A stretch of 64,000 bases of DNA from Octopus sinensis (taxonomy: Eukaryota). A program made the position numbers and the translations under genes. Shown piece by piece: positions 1-12,915 of this stretch. Below the pieces are notes generated by a model, which saw only the letters and a list, made by a program, of their open reading frames with translations, did no database searches and was not told the DNA's origin. The stretch's first letter is position 1, and each line of letters opens with the position of its first letter. Where the stretch lies: assembly GCF_006345805.1 (NCBI RefSeq), contig NC_042998.1, forward strand, positions 1,922,001 to 1,986,000, in the 5' to 3' direction.

Positions 1-263
1 GAGCAAGACATCAGCTTCATATGGGTGGGTGAAGGGAAAAGCAAAAATTTAAATAAGTTAAAAGCACAACAATAAATATATATTCATAAGTAGCCTAGCT
101 GATAAGAGCACTTACTATCCTTAGTTTAGAAATATAGGTCCCTACTTGAAATCCAGTCTAGTACATATATCCAGGAATAAGACACTTTGACGATCAGAGA
201 TCAAACCAATCAAAATGCAGTGTAAATGTCAACATAATTATCATCATCAGATGTAAATATTAA

Positions 264-483
264 CCCTTTCATTACTGTATTTATTTTGAGATGCTCTGTG
301 TTTCTTTTAATTACTTTAAATAAAACAAAGAGATTAGTAAAATAACTTCATTATCATTAAGCTAGCATTAGGAACATAAATTGCAATTAAGGTTTCGTGG
401 AAGATTTTAATTCAAAACTTATGAAGACAAGACATTTGTACTCCGAGCCAGAACCGGTTTCAGCCGGGTTGGTAATGAAAGGG
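264..483. mobile_element. piggyBac-like MITE (TTAA target)
   Basis: TTAA(260-263)|CCCTTTCATTAC ... GTAATGAAAGGG|TTAA(484-487): 12-bp TIRs with TTAA duplication. Same family as 52111-52314. Confidence 0.85.
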
Positions 484-629
484 TTAAATAAAAATTTCAT
501 CTCTAAAGAAAATAATAATCACATTAACAATAATACGTCTCAGACATTTAGGCAATTACTGATTGTTTACTTCATTTGTAATCTGAATCAAACGATGATT
601 AAGTGTACATCAGAATCTAATTATACAAC

Positions 630-950
630 TCGTTAAGTAGTTAGAGTGTTGGGCTCGCAATCATGAGGTTATGAGTTTGATTCCTGGACTAGGCTTTGTG
701 AGTTGTGTTCTCGAGTAAGACACTTTATTTCACATCGCTCCAGTTCTCTCAGCTGTAGAAATGATTTGCGACATCACTGGTGCCAAGCTGTATCGGCCCC
801 TTTGCCAGTGGAGAGGAGAGGGGGGCCTCCACAAGCAACCTTGCCCGGACTTGTGCCTCAGAGGGGAACTTTCTAGATGCAATCCAATGGTCATTCATCA
901 CCAAAGGGAGTCTTTATCTTTTATCCAATACAAACAAACATCACTAATTT
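630..950 (+). mobile_element. tRNA-head SINE
   Basis: Degenerate A/B-box head (GAGTTTGATTCC) followed by a GTGTT..GAGTAAGACACTT body. Related heads at ~41270-41420 (+) and 38800-39020 (-). Confidence 0.6.
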
Positions 951-1738
951 TTTCATCCCAAGATCAAACAAAGAACATAGCTCAAATCTTAAAATTTTTA
1001 GTACATCTTGACTGATTGTTCCTTCAACTCCAGGTGAAATTGTTTCCAGCATTTCTTGGATCATAATTAAAAATGTCATTATTCATTTCTTCTGCAATAA
1101 CCAACCACTTTGAGGTAACAAAATGAACACAATTATTACTTATACAATACACTCACTACTTAAATCAATGTGCAGTGACTTTACATGGTACCTAATTACC
1201 ATGCATGAACTAGCAGGAGTTAATGACATTGCTGATAGCACAAAAGAGATAAAAGAATATGAATGGTAAACCCTTTAGCTGACAGACTGGGTTGAAATTT
1301 TAATGAATCATTTACAACTTTTTAAGCAGAACTAACAGATCACTTCTCCAGGAAAGAAACACAAAACTACAACCAAAATAATAATTCAGGAACTTCTCAA
1401 CTCAGAGCCAACAAGAAATACTAAAAGAATATGAAAATAACCAGGACAGGCTAGGATGACTAAGAATATACGCCAAACAGATAGGTAAATTCATTACAAT
1501 GGATAGTAATGTAGAGCAGGCAAGAAATTAGCTGATATCTGATATTAATCTTCAACATCAGTTAATACTAAATTATCTTTTATAAATATTTTGAAATTAA
1601 TGTTCACAATGCGATATACTTTTAATTTAAATAACATTTTTAATGTGTGTGTGTGTGTGTAGCAGCTGCAACAGTAATATTAAAGCAGCAGTGGTTAAGA
1701 AATCCAATTCACAATTATGAAACACAAAGTGTAATCTT

Positions 1739-2112
1739 CCACCTTATTGTGGTGTGATGGCTTGTGTGCCTCACTGACCCTTAGAGCTATGCTAGTGAAC
1801 CACAAACTCCTGGTAGGGTCTCCTATGCTGGACAGGTCAAAGGACAGAGACCAAACAAATATGGTCCTCCTCTTCCCAAACGTAAAAATGGGTTTACATT
1901 GTGCCAACCCCCCTGCCTAGAATAAAGATAAGTTGCAGAAGCATGAATGACAATTCAAAACCAACAAGACTTGGAAGAGGAAGGTCTTCCCTCAGGGAAA
2001 CATATGATACAGAAGTAATCCAACTGCAGAGAAGCAGAAAAGATATCCCAGGAACAGCGGAGAGAATGTCATTGTTGGCCTGTGTGCCATAAGGAGTAAA
2101 GAGCTCGAGTCA
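1739..2112 (+). mobile_element. Internally deleted (bipartite) RTE/BovB-like non-autonomous retroposon
   Basis: 5' part resembles RTE 5' UTR motifs (CTTGTGTGCC..AGAGCTATGC..TGGTAGGGTCTCC..GGACAGGTC). It is joined to an RTE-like 3' end (..TTGTTGGCCTGTGTGCC..GGAGTAAAGAG). Recognised from memory. Confidence 0.5.
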
Positions 2113-2183
2113 GTTTAATTCTAAAGTGTGGCACCTTAAGCAAATGTCCTCTAGCATAGGCTTAAGAGTAAAATTGGTTAGAC

Positions 2184-2530
2184 CAGTGGTTCTTAAGCAT
2201 TTTTTTTATCTATGGACTCCTTTGATTACTATATTATTCTGATGAAATAAAATAGCCACTCAATGTTTAAAAACTAGTTTTAGAGACACTTCTTTCAAAA
2301 TTCCTATTTTGTTCATCGCACATTAACTTGTGTAGTTTGAACTATGTAAGACATTAGTAAAAAGAAATTTGGTTGTTTCTTGCAATAAATACATCTAAAG
2401 CAAAATACTTTTCATGGACTCTTAATGTGCTTCTATGGGGTCCCAATTTACTATTTTGTCTGCATGAACCACCCCACAAAATCTTAGATGGATCCCCAGT
2501 AATCATATGGAGCCAAGTTGAGAAATAATG
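2184..2530. mobile_element. Degenerate hAT-type MITE
   Basis: CAGTGGTTCTTAA ... TTGAGAAATAATG termini. The 5' part aligns with the MITE at 18451-18716. No clear TSD. Confidence 0.55.
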
Positions 2531-4271
2531 AGATACAGAAAAAACTGTCTGAAGGCTCATGAGATGTAAAGTATTTGTAATTTGTAATTCAAAGAGATTC
2601 TGCCTAAGAATTAAATTATGGTTACACATATCTGTGGAATACTGAATCACCTGCAAAATAACTTTGTTTTATAATGACCTACAATCTGACTAAGCTCTAC
2701 AAAATATCTAAATTTGTGAACTGTTTAAAACTCAAAATATAGGGATATCTATGAAAATGAATCACTAATAGTATATTGATTTCTAGATAAAGTGAGATGT
2801 GTTTGTTCGCACAAATGTAAGCTACTTCTCCAAAATCTTCAAGGACAGGGAGGATTCTAGCCAAAGTATGACAGCCGATTTCATACTCTAAAAGCCATGG
2901 AGGTATTTAATGTTTCTACCAAATAGTTAAGGGAAGTAGTCTTTTTGATGAACCATTTAACCACCATTCAGGTCATACCCTTATCCCAGTTCAGTATTGT
3001 GGCCTAAATTGTAAGTCCAAAGCAACCTTCTAACTCGTGCGTCTGTCCAATGAAAAAGATTGACACAAACAGAACCAATTTTTTCTTTTCACTTTCCCCT
3101 CTTTTACTTTCATGTTATGTTAATTTGACAACAACCACAACAATGTCCAACTTGGATGTTACCATGACAACTTCATGTAAAGTGTTGAATCCCAACCGAG
3201 AGATCTGCTCAACACCGTCAATTTATATAGCAATGGTTCCAGTGTAATTATGAAAAAGGGAGAGAAAGGCAGCTGCTACATAATATCGCCCTAGGTGTGA
3301 GACAACAGGTAGAGCAGCGATCAAACAACAACCCAAAGCCTGCCCAAACTCAGTTAATGTGGAGAACCCGATCAACCGTCATTGTTCCTACACACCGTAG
3401 AAAAGTGAAGAATCTAAATTGGATCAAAGGACCTTTAAAGTTAAAATTTCAATTCAAACTATTTAACTGTGATACTTGATAACAATAACCAACTGTAAGT
3501 TGTACTCTGATATTCCTGCGAATAAAGTGTGGAAGAAATCATCGATGATAGTTGTCAAGTGTCTTTTGTTGTTTTTTTTTTTTGTCTTTTTTAAACTTTG
3601 TTAGAACGGTTCCAAGACTTAAGTTAACAAATACGCCCACTTTCTTAGCCTTGACCAAATCAGTGTTGACACAAGTAAATATGGACCAGTTCATGTATAT
3701 AAAATAACACTCAGCTGAATTTCCGTCAAGTAAACTCGTTGCCTTGTTTACTTTTGTTTAAATATCTACTTGCAGATTTTTTTTTTTTCACTATTTAGCG
3801 AAATATAATTGATAGACACTGAGTGTACAAATATGTATCATTCAATAAAAATATATTTTATAATCAGATATAAGATTCCAATGCTTAACCATTTATAACT
3901 CTGAATATTAAATGAAAAAATGTAGATATGAACCAGTATTTTTCACTCGATTGTGAAGCATGTGTGTCTGTGTGATCCCCCCCCCCTTATCCTACATATA
4001 TTTTCTATATAACAGCAAGATACAAATTAACCCGAGTAGTCTGAACTCAACTTTAAATGTCTTTTCCAGCTGGTTTTAATGCAAATTTAAAATAACAAAG
4101 ACGTGATTTCAAATCAGTGACTGAGATCCAAACAACCGCAATTTTTATGATTGCAAAATGAGTGTAAACTAGTTCTACTAATCAACAAAATAACAAAATC
4201 AAGTTATAGATCGCAATTATCTTCAATACAAAAACAAAAATATGTGTGTGGTTTGTTGAAAGCAAAGTTAC

Positions 4272-5298
4272 CTGTGGCGTTAGCAGTAGTTTTGATGTAT
4301 CTGGTGTTGGAATGGTCAACTACAACATCTCCATCCTGTGGATGAGGTTTGAACACGAGTTCAATATCACTGACTGTAGCCTCCTGCAATTGCTGTTGTT
4401 CGGTACTTCCTTCACCGACGGAATTCTCGGCACTGGAGTCATCCGAATAAGTCTTCTGTCGTTTCCTTGGAGTGGTATTCAGCACATCGGAATTGTTTGA
4501 TGACGACAATGATGATGATGATGACGATGACGATGTGCTCTGTTGTTGTGATGACTGGTGATGTTGTTGTTGATGATGATGATGCTGTTGTTGCTGCTGT
4601 TGCTGCTGCTGCTGTTGTTGTTGTTGTTGTTGTGCATGATGGTGGTGACTATTATTATTATTATTATTGGTACTATTATTGTTGTTAGACAAAGATGGTT
4701 GTTGTTGAGGAGCAGGGGTGCTGGACGGCAGCTGCTGCTGTTGAGACGACTGAGGAGGAGAAGTCAGTGGAGTGGTTTGCTGGTTTTGAAAAGCTGCATC
4801 GTAGACAGGAGCTCCTTCCAGTGGAAGCTTCCGAACCCTCTGAACCCGGTTCTCTGCTTGTCGTCGAAGACCCTCTTCAATACTGTTGGTAAGCGCTGTC
4901 GAATTGTGATGTCGATTTAATTTATCGAGCACTCGCTGTTGTTGAGCTTCGTATTCATCACGACTTGGATATATTTTAGAGATCAAGGCATCAAAATTCG
5001 GATCTGGGCGAAGGGATCGTTTAGAAACAAGCTTTTTCCGACAAGTAGGGCATTCCTTGTTGCCGCTACGTAATGCTGTGATAATGCATTCTTGACAAAA
5101 CCGATGTAAACACTCCTTGGTTGTCATTGTTGTTTTCAACATGTCCAAACAAATAGGACACATTAGCTCGTTATGTAAACTCCTTGGAGAAACAGCCATT
5201 TCTGTACTGTCGGTGATAAGTTCCTGGGGTGTCCGATGCAGCTCGTATAAAGTTAATTCCCATGTTTTGTTGGGAGCGTGAACCACTTCGTTGGCCAT
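4272..5298 (-). CDS. RNF2: E3 ubiquitin-protein ligase RING1/RNF2 (Sce), PRC1 catalytic subunit, first coding exon (partial gene)
   Basis: Translation contains [73 protein letters not shown] (C3HC4 RING) and [19 protein letters not shown] (RAWUL start). First ATG is at 5298 (AAGATGG). Homology stops at a phase-1 donor ACAG|GTAACT (4272/4271). The expected VDHLSKYL exon was not found in 1-4270. Confidence 0.96.
4490..4785 (-). repeat. Coding trinucleotide repeats encoding poly-Q/N/H/S tracts in RING1
   Basis: (GTT/GCT)n, (TTA/TTG)n, (GAT)n and (GAC)n runs on + that read in frame as QQQ/NNN/HHH/SSS. Confidence 0.95.
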
Positions 5299-6278
5299 CT
5301 TGCTTTTCCCAAACGAATACCTTATCACACTTAGTGTACTATCTATGGACGTCCGTATCGGTGTCTTATACACAATTCTTAAAACATGAAACTTATTCTC
5401 AATAGCTAGAAATTCATTCCGTAAAGTACATCTATAGTGTACAATAATATTTTATCAATGAAATTAACATTTGCAGTCAGTAAACAAAGAAACAACAGTG
5501 AAATTATAAAATTATGTTACTTTTAGTTATCCATACTTTTAATCTCGTTTTCGTTTCAAAATCACCACCGGATATTCTTATATAAGACAGACCCCATTTA
5601 AAATACAGAACCTGCCATTAATTTCGTATTTTTGTCTGAGTATTTGTTTGTTCCTTTGTTATTTTATTATAATAAAATTAACCATTCTCAATTTTAATTA
5701 GATTTAAATTTAATACTTTCAAAATGTTTAATAAATGTAGCTTCTTAAGATTATAAAGTATTTTTATACTAAACTAAGGATATGCACCAATTACTGAATG
5801 TAAAATCGAGAAATATCGAATTATGTCTATTCAGCAGATTTATTTAAAATCAAAAGACAAGTTTTCATAATTATAATTTTAAACGTAAAGGTGGGGGAAA
5901 TTAGTTCCCTCGAAAGAAAGTCCTTGCAAATGCTGGTTCTATAAACGTACATGGATTGTTTGAATTAAAATAATTGTATCGTGATTGGGTTATTATTTTT
6001 TTTTTAAATAGAAAACGCGCGTATACAATTACATTAACAAATGTTCATAAAATAGAAATATGTCCATTCGCATCATTTGAGGTAAATTTTGAACAAAAAC
6101 GAAATTGGGAAAACGAATAAGAAGACCACGACAGTGTATTGCACTGCGAAGGAAAGGGGGGGGGGGGGGTGACGTTTCATGAGTTCGCCCTTTGTCAAGA
6201 TAGATGGAAGGTGGCGAGAAAGAAACAGAGTTATATTAAGAATTTCTTTCTTTGTGTGTAGTTATCAAAAAAAAAAAT

Positions 6279-6707
6279 GGGATCTTTTCGGTTTGAACGG
6301 CAGTTTTTTAAAATAATTTCCACTTAACTAAACACTTTTAAACTTCGTATACTGGTAGAATGTGTTTATAAAACATCTTTTCTCTTGGCTTTATTGAGAA
6401 AATTCTATAGTTTGTAAGATATTTGTTGTTTTATTTCTTCAATTTCTGCAATTTCAACCAATCAATGACGTCTATTTTAGGTGAAAACATTCTGTGCCGT
6501 ATGAATATGTCCCTCGTTTAAGAAACAGATTGGGTTTATTTACATTTGTGAAGAAAAAAAGATACCCTTTCCCCACCCATAACCCTAACTAACCCTAACC
6601 CTAAAACAGATTGACATGCAATAGATCGATACTAGGGTCATAATTATGGGTGACAATTTCATATGACACCGCTAGAAAAAAAACTGCCGTTCAAACCAAA
6701 AAGTTCC
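6279..6707. mobile_element. MITE with ~30-bp TIRs and internal (TAACCC)n
   Basis: GGGATCTTTTCGGTTTGAACGGCAGTTTTTT ... AAAAAAAACTGCCGTTCAAACCAAAAAGTTCC. TAACCC repeats at ~6580-6603. Subterminal arm shared with 7874-8508. Confidence 0.8.
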
Positions 6708-6862
6708 AAAATATGCAAACGAGCTTCCTTGGTGATTCCTCTTCTACTTCCATTTATATTGACAAAAAGCAATAATCTGAATCGATATCTCTTCTTGTCA
6801 TTCATAGAGCAATACATTGCGTTTATACTCCAGTTCATCTTTTTCTTTATTTCATTATTTTC

Positions 6863-6893
<31 letters not shown>

Positions 6894-7748
6894 TGCTTTT
6901 ACTTGCAATTTATCCGGGATATAAAGGTCGACACAGACCTAGCCGGAATGCACGGACACTGAAGTCATAAAATACATTAGTTAGATTAGGATCATCGTGT
7001 TTTATGCAAAAGGAATCAAAACCTAACTTCTGTATTTTCACATATTCCTTTCTCTGCATTGATCTGACCAACATGACTAGCTGAGAAGGTCAAATAAGTC
7101 TGAAACATGTCAGCTGTTATAGTATCTGTCGGAGATCAAACTATTTGTTCCCTCACCACAATACTTTTTTCTAGTTTTAATCAATTTGAATCCTGGTGCG
7201 TCAAGGCAATTTATATTTTGAGTTATCACTTCTGATGTTGTTTGGTCGAGTTAAGCATTGTTTCATAATGTTTACATCTACTAAATAAAACTTCGGTCTT
7301 AGTTAATTAAAGCTACCATGCTCACCACATTAAGTATGATAGCACGTACTTCACTATTCTATTCTATTTTCCTTCGGGCGGTATTTAAAAATAATTTATT
7401 CTCTAAACGTTATTGTTTTTCTCCTCCCCTTCCAACCCCCAAAAAATTGAGAAAATAGAAATAAAAGTAAGTTTTTGGTAAAGTTATTTCGTATCACCAC
7501 CAAATATTGTCGGAGATTGCACAGAGAGAAAGGTTGAGTTTTGTAATCCCAGAAATTTTATGACAAAATTTATCAATCTGAGAGGGAGAGAGAGAATTTA
7601 AAATTAGTCTTCAAAAAGTTATCAAGGTTGGCGGTACAATTTATTTCCAAAGATCTATCAGCTATAAATAAGAGCTTCCAAAAGACGAAAAACATTAAGA
7701 AGTTCTTTCTCTTCCTCTATTGTCTGGAGCTGTTTTTCTTGTTTTCTT

Positions 7749-7774
7749 CACATACACACAGACACACACACACA

Positions 7775-7832
<58 letters not shown>
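7749..7832. repeat. (CA)n microsatellite
   Basis: Direct reading. Confidence 0.98.
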
Positions 7833-7833
<1 letters not shown>

Positions 7834-7873
7834 TAAGTAATATATTTCTGGTTGTGACATATGATTGGTCAGA

Positions 7874-8508
7874 AGGAACTTTACCTTTTGACGTACAGAT
7901 TAAAATTTTTTTTTGTAACTAAACACTTTCAAACTTCAGACACTGGTAGAATGTGTCATATAAAACATCTTTTACTCTTAGCATTTTAGAGAAAAACTTA
8001 TATTTACGAAGTTGTTTCGCGTTAAAGTTGTCCTGTTTCGATAATTTCAACCAATCAATGACGTGTATTCAACTGAATAAAATTACTACTGTTTTTTGTC
8101 AACAAGAACTTCCGGCGGTGTATATTTTTTTTGACACTGTTATTTATGACAACCCTAACCCTAACCCTAAAACCCTAACCCTAGCATCCTAACCCTAAAA
8201 CCTTGAAACCAATACAAACGCACGAACGATGTCATAAATAACTGACAAACGAAAAATACAGCGCCGATAGTTGCTGTTGACAAACAACGACAGTAATTTT
8301 ATTCGGCTGAATACACGTCATTGATTGGTTGAAATTACCGAAATACGAGAACTTTAATGTGAAATAACTTCGTAAATATAAGTTTTTCTAAAAAATGCTG
8401 AGAGTAAAAGATGTTTTATAAGACACATTCTACCAGTGTCCGGAGTTTGAAAGTGTTTAGTTACAAAAAATTATTTTTTAAATCTATACGTCAAAAGGTA
8501 AAGATCCC
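7874..8508. mobile_element. Fold-back element with long inverted arms and a central telomere-like (TAACCC)n array
   Basis: Left arm (GGAACTTTACCTTTTGACGT..CAACCAATCAATGACGTGTATTCA..) is the reverse complement of the right arm (..TGAATACACGTCATTGATTGGTTG..ACGTCAAAAGGTAAAGATCCC). TAACCC repeats at ~8152-8200. Confidence 0.88.
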
Positions 8509-9977
8509 ATTCATTTGTTTCAAAAAATAAACTTTCAATAAACATATTTAATTGCAAATAGATATTGATCTCTTTAAATGGTACAACCCATGAAGTAGTT
8601 ATACGTTTTACTGATTCCTTTGAGTGTGTGACTGGTCACTAAATATTTATGATTCATTCAGGAATGTTTTTCTTTTCTTTATTTACTTCATTATTTACTT
8701 AAGCTTGCATCAACACGCAGAGCACATCAATACTTGGTTAGTATTTATAAGCTTAAGATTTGTTAACTATGATGAGCTGTAGTATGGCAGAAACACACTA
8801 AACGCTTGGCAGTATTTACTTTCATAGTTTCTATGTTCTCAGTTCAAAACCCATCGTACTCAACTTCGTCTTTTATTCCTGTTGAGTCGATAAAATAAGT
8901 ACCAATCACGTACTCAATGGAAGAGAAGAATATTTCTCCATTATAACTTCATGGTTTGCACCAAAAAATATATATATATATTTATTTATTTGCTACTAAA
9001 TATGTTTAGTACTAGCTGTTCCACCTTTGATGAATCGCAATGAACATCTAACTGTACAAAGTCATCAAAAACAGTAAGGTATATAAAAATAATATTCTTA
9101 AAAGGTCATATTTAAAATGGAAGTTGTTTAAACTTAAGTCAGCTTATGATCAAAGACATTTAAGTTATTGTTAAATGACGATCAAATAAATCAGGATTAC
9201 ACATTCGTATGTGTTTGACAGTAATATAGTATTTCTTTTCTGGGTCAACGAGTACTGAATTGTAAATATGTACTTTTACAGTTTTCAAAAACTACGTTTT
9301 TCTTGCTACTGTTTAGTCCAGATCACTTCTCCGGCTAAACATGATCAATAGTATTTCATGGTGATTGTCCCCTATTTTTGTTTATCAAGGGCTACATAAT
9401 CCAATGCGGTCTTTCCTTACTAAGACGGAAGAGTGTTATTTGAAGAAGATCTGACCGTTATTTTTTCTACGTAGAAGCTCCTACGTTAACAAAAATGAAA
9501 GTTTTAAAATTTAACGATGAACATGGAATCAGAGCAGCATGAAAGATATTTTGGATCGGTGCCTGCTGAGAAGATGAGTTGCCAATGAAAGAAGACAGAC
9601 CAAATGTTAATAAGAAATACAATCTTTGTTACGAACAAAGCACATTTGGAAGAAAAGCTCAGCAAATTAATATTGGATCATAAAATTATGGACATTGCGA
9701 TATTACGAAAATGGTAATCTTAGAAGTAAGATTGGCAACCAATACTGAACTTTTAAAGGAAACGAATTAGATTAACTTTACAAACAAAAACTAAAACTAT
9801 TGATCAAGAACTGGCTGAATTTCGACAAAATAAAAATGGCTTCAGTGCTGAAACGGACGAAATGTTTTGCAGTATTTGGTTTCGTCCTTCTTTCTCAGTT
9901 CAAATCCGACCGTGGTCACCTTCACAGTTTCTTCTTCCAAGGTTAGGGCATCACTCAATTAATGTAGACCATGCATC

Positions 9978-10015
<38 letters not shown>

Positions 10016-10016
<1 letters not shown>

Positions 10017-11344
10017 TAGCAGAGATACCCGGCGTTGCCCGGTTACATTCACTTGGAGAATTTGACTTTTCTGTTATATCTTCTGTAATAAACTGGAATA
10101 TCTATGCTTCGAATTTCATCAAAATTGCAGATGAGAGTTATTTCACTCTTTATACACCCTAAAAATTGTAATCGTGCCACATGTATCCCATAATACTGAT
10201 TTTTATGCGCATATTCTAAAATTCCAGTCTTATTGAACTTGTTAAAAAGATTTTGCTCCTGAAAAATGAAGGTCATGGAGCTCTAAAATGTGAGAGTTAA
10301 GGCCCCTATTGGGGGTGGGCATCTTAATGTCAACCAGAGAAGTTGAATTGTTGAAAATCTTTTTAACTTGGGTCTTATATCTATTGTTTGAATTTCTTTG
10401 AAATAGGAAATATATGTTCACTGGGTTTGTAAAAGAGAGCAAAGCTACAGGAAACCAAAAGACGAATGATCACAATAAGCAGTCAGTTACCCTACCATAG
10501 TCGTTACCACTCCCAATGTAGGATTCCTCACCATCCAGGTGACAGGCACAGCCGTAAGATGCATTACGAATCTATAGCAATTGGAAGGGCGTGACCCAAC
10601 TGAAATCAACATTAACAACTGTTTGACGTGAGGGCTAAGGAGAAATTAAAGTGTCACCTCTGGAGTTTGCAAATGACCACTATGCTGATACGTAACTGGA
10701 CAGAATAAATTTAAAATCTATAAATGTCTTTGAATAACCAGTCACTCATCTGGGAAGGCCATGAAATCAATGTTACCATCTGGGGACTATGTATGACCAA
10801 GTGATAATAAAAAGACTGAAAAGAGGTCTGCAATCAAATAACTTTACTCAACACTTTGCAACTGAATCCGTGGAGGCAAAGATGCCTCTCATTTACTTGA
10901 CAATTTATGCACCGCATTGCAGAAATCACAATGTAAGTGTATGTCAAAGTAAACTGTTACACTGTTGTACCATTGAATTAGAAATAATGCCCAACTTTTA
11001 TGCTCGAGTAACCCTACAGCTTCCAAGAGCACAACTGTATTTGTTTTTGCTTAGATAAAATGACAAAATTGTTGGTGTTAAGTCCCCATGGAGGGGTCTT
11101 TCTAACTTTGTAAGAAGATGAAATTTTATAAATATTACTTCATTTGTGTCTAATATCTATGGTTAAAATTTTATCAACAGCAAAAATATATGAATTGTCA
11201 TGGGGGTTATGGCCCTTATGCATAAAATATAATTTCCAAATTTCATAAAGATCCATTCAGTACCTTTGACCTAGTTTTGGATTATAAAAGAAATTACTAA
11301 AATTTGGGAGTTAAGGCTCCCATTAGGGTGTTATATATATATAT

Positions 11345-11349
<5 letters not shown>
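10016..11349 (-). mobile_element. Non-autonomous Helitron
   Basis: On the minus strand: A|TCTATATATA.. 5' end and CCGGGCAACGCCGGG hairpin + CTAG|T 3' end. Same 3' motif as 24641-24668 and 27481-27507. Confidence 0.75.
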
Positions 11350-11410
<61 letters not shown>

Positions 11411-11436
11411 GGATAGATAGATAGATAGATAGATAT

Positions 11437-11532
<96 letters not shown>
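11347..11532. repeat. (GATA)n/(GACA)n compound microsatellite
   Basis: Direct reading. Confidence 0.98.
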
Positions 11533-11533
<1 letters not shown>

Positions 11534-11894
11534 AACACACACACGCACACATACAAAGATAAATTGATAGATACAACTGAGTGGGCAAACAAAAATATGA
11601 GACACAGCCTGGTGCTTTTTTATGTTGATAAGCCTAGTACTTATTCTATTAGTTTGTTCTTGTGAAACCAGTAAGTTATGTGGATGTAAATAAATGAACA
11701 GCAGTTGTGAAGCAGTGATGAGGGCGAAACACAGAGACAAAGACACACACATACACTTACATATATACATACATATATATACGATTGATTTGTTACAGTT
11801 CCTGTCTACGAAATCCATATATATTGTTGTTGGCATCCTTTTTGTCTCGGGAGACAATGGAGTTGCGCATAAAATAATCTAGTCCGGCTTTTAC

Positions 11895-12915
11895 AATTCA
11901 TGTCCTAATACATCTCCTGCTGTGGTTGTGTTGTCCTATCCTGGACAAACACTCCCTCTGGCAGGTGCCGCAAATGTAGCGAAAACTTTGCTTGGCTGGT
12001 TGTAATGTCATAGTTTCTTGTTGACGTCTTTTCTTGTCTTTCCATTTCTCCTCTCCCTCTATGTCACTCCTTTGTGTTCCCTCTTTTGCGGTACGTCGCC
12101 AATCTCCACGGTTGCTGGCAACTGCTTCCCAGTTGGTAATATTGATGTTGCAGGCATTCATGTCCCTTTTGCAAACATCCTTGTATCGATAAGAACGGTC
12201 TTCCCACAGACCTAGTGCCCCTAGCAAGCTCTCCGTTGAGTATGTCCTTGGGGATTCTGCCATCTTCCATACGGCTAACATGTCCAAGCCATCTCATACG
12301 TCTTTGTGTGAGGAGTGCAAACATGCTTGGTATTCCTGCTTGCTTGAGGACATCTTTGTTGGGGACATGATTCTGCAATTTGATGCGAAGGATTTTCCGG
12401 AGGCAGCGCAGGTGAAAGATATTTAGGTGAAGCTCTTGGCGTGTGTATGGCGTTCAAGTCTCACTTCCATACAGTAGAGTGCTAAGTACACATACTTGGT
12501 AAATCTTCATTTTTGTGGTCTTGGTCAGCTTATTGTTGTCCCATGCGCGTTTGGTGAGTTGGGCCATCACAGCAGCTGCCTTGCCAATGCGTATATTGAG
12601 CTCAGCATCAAGGGATAAGTTGTAGGTGACGGTAGAGCCAAGATAGGTAAACTTCTCCACCTCCTGTACTCTGTGGTCTCCAATATGTATGTTTGGGATG
12701 TCCGATGTAGCCTGACCCATGATGTTGGTCTTCTTGCGGCTGATAACTAAGCCAAAGTTGCCAAATGCTTTCTCAAAACAGTCGATGAGCCTTCGTAGGG
12801 ATTCTTCTGTGTGTGATACCAGAGCGGCATCATCATCAAATAGCATCTCCTTGATCAGGATGCTTCTGATTTTGATTTTGGCACGCAGATGCGAAAGATT
12901 GAACAGTTTCCCATA
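11895..12915 (-). mobile_element. 5'-truncated, frameshifted RTE/BovB-type LINE (RT C-terminal half)
   Basis: ORF pieces LFDDDAAL, KFTYLGS, LLYGSET, RRMRWLGHVSRMEDGRIPKDIL and C-terminal CGTCQRECLSRIGQHNHSRRC. Confidence 0.92.

Noticed and set aside
2354-2656. Possible RING1 downstream exon (TTTTGCAG acceptor on minus)
   Set aside because: The required phase hits a stop quickly, has no RAWUL similarity and runs into a MITE.
4204-4271. RING1 ORF read-through ([11 protein letters not shown]) as the true C-terminus
   Set aside because: Homology stops at a good donor, and the RAWUL domain needs a further exon.
4246-4920. Plus-strand ORFs overlapping RING1
   Set aside because: Antisense shadows of trinucleotide repeats.
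5290-5302. YY1/Pho-like AAGATGGC motif over the RING1 start codon
   Set aside because: Common at start codons; no independent support.
5299-5373. 25-aa N-terminal extension of RING1 in the ORF track
   Set aside because: It starts at a non-ATG codon; homology begins at ATG 5298.
6156-6169. G14 run upstream of RING1
   Set aside because: Homopolymer G runs recur in the window (27189, 51928, 58108); not distinctive.
11297-11857. ORFs of 85-186 aa rich in LSIY repeats
   Set aside because: Translations of the (GATA)n microsatellite.
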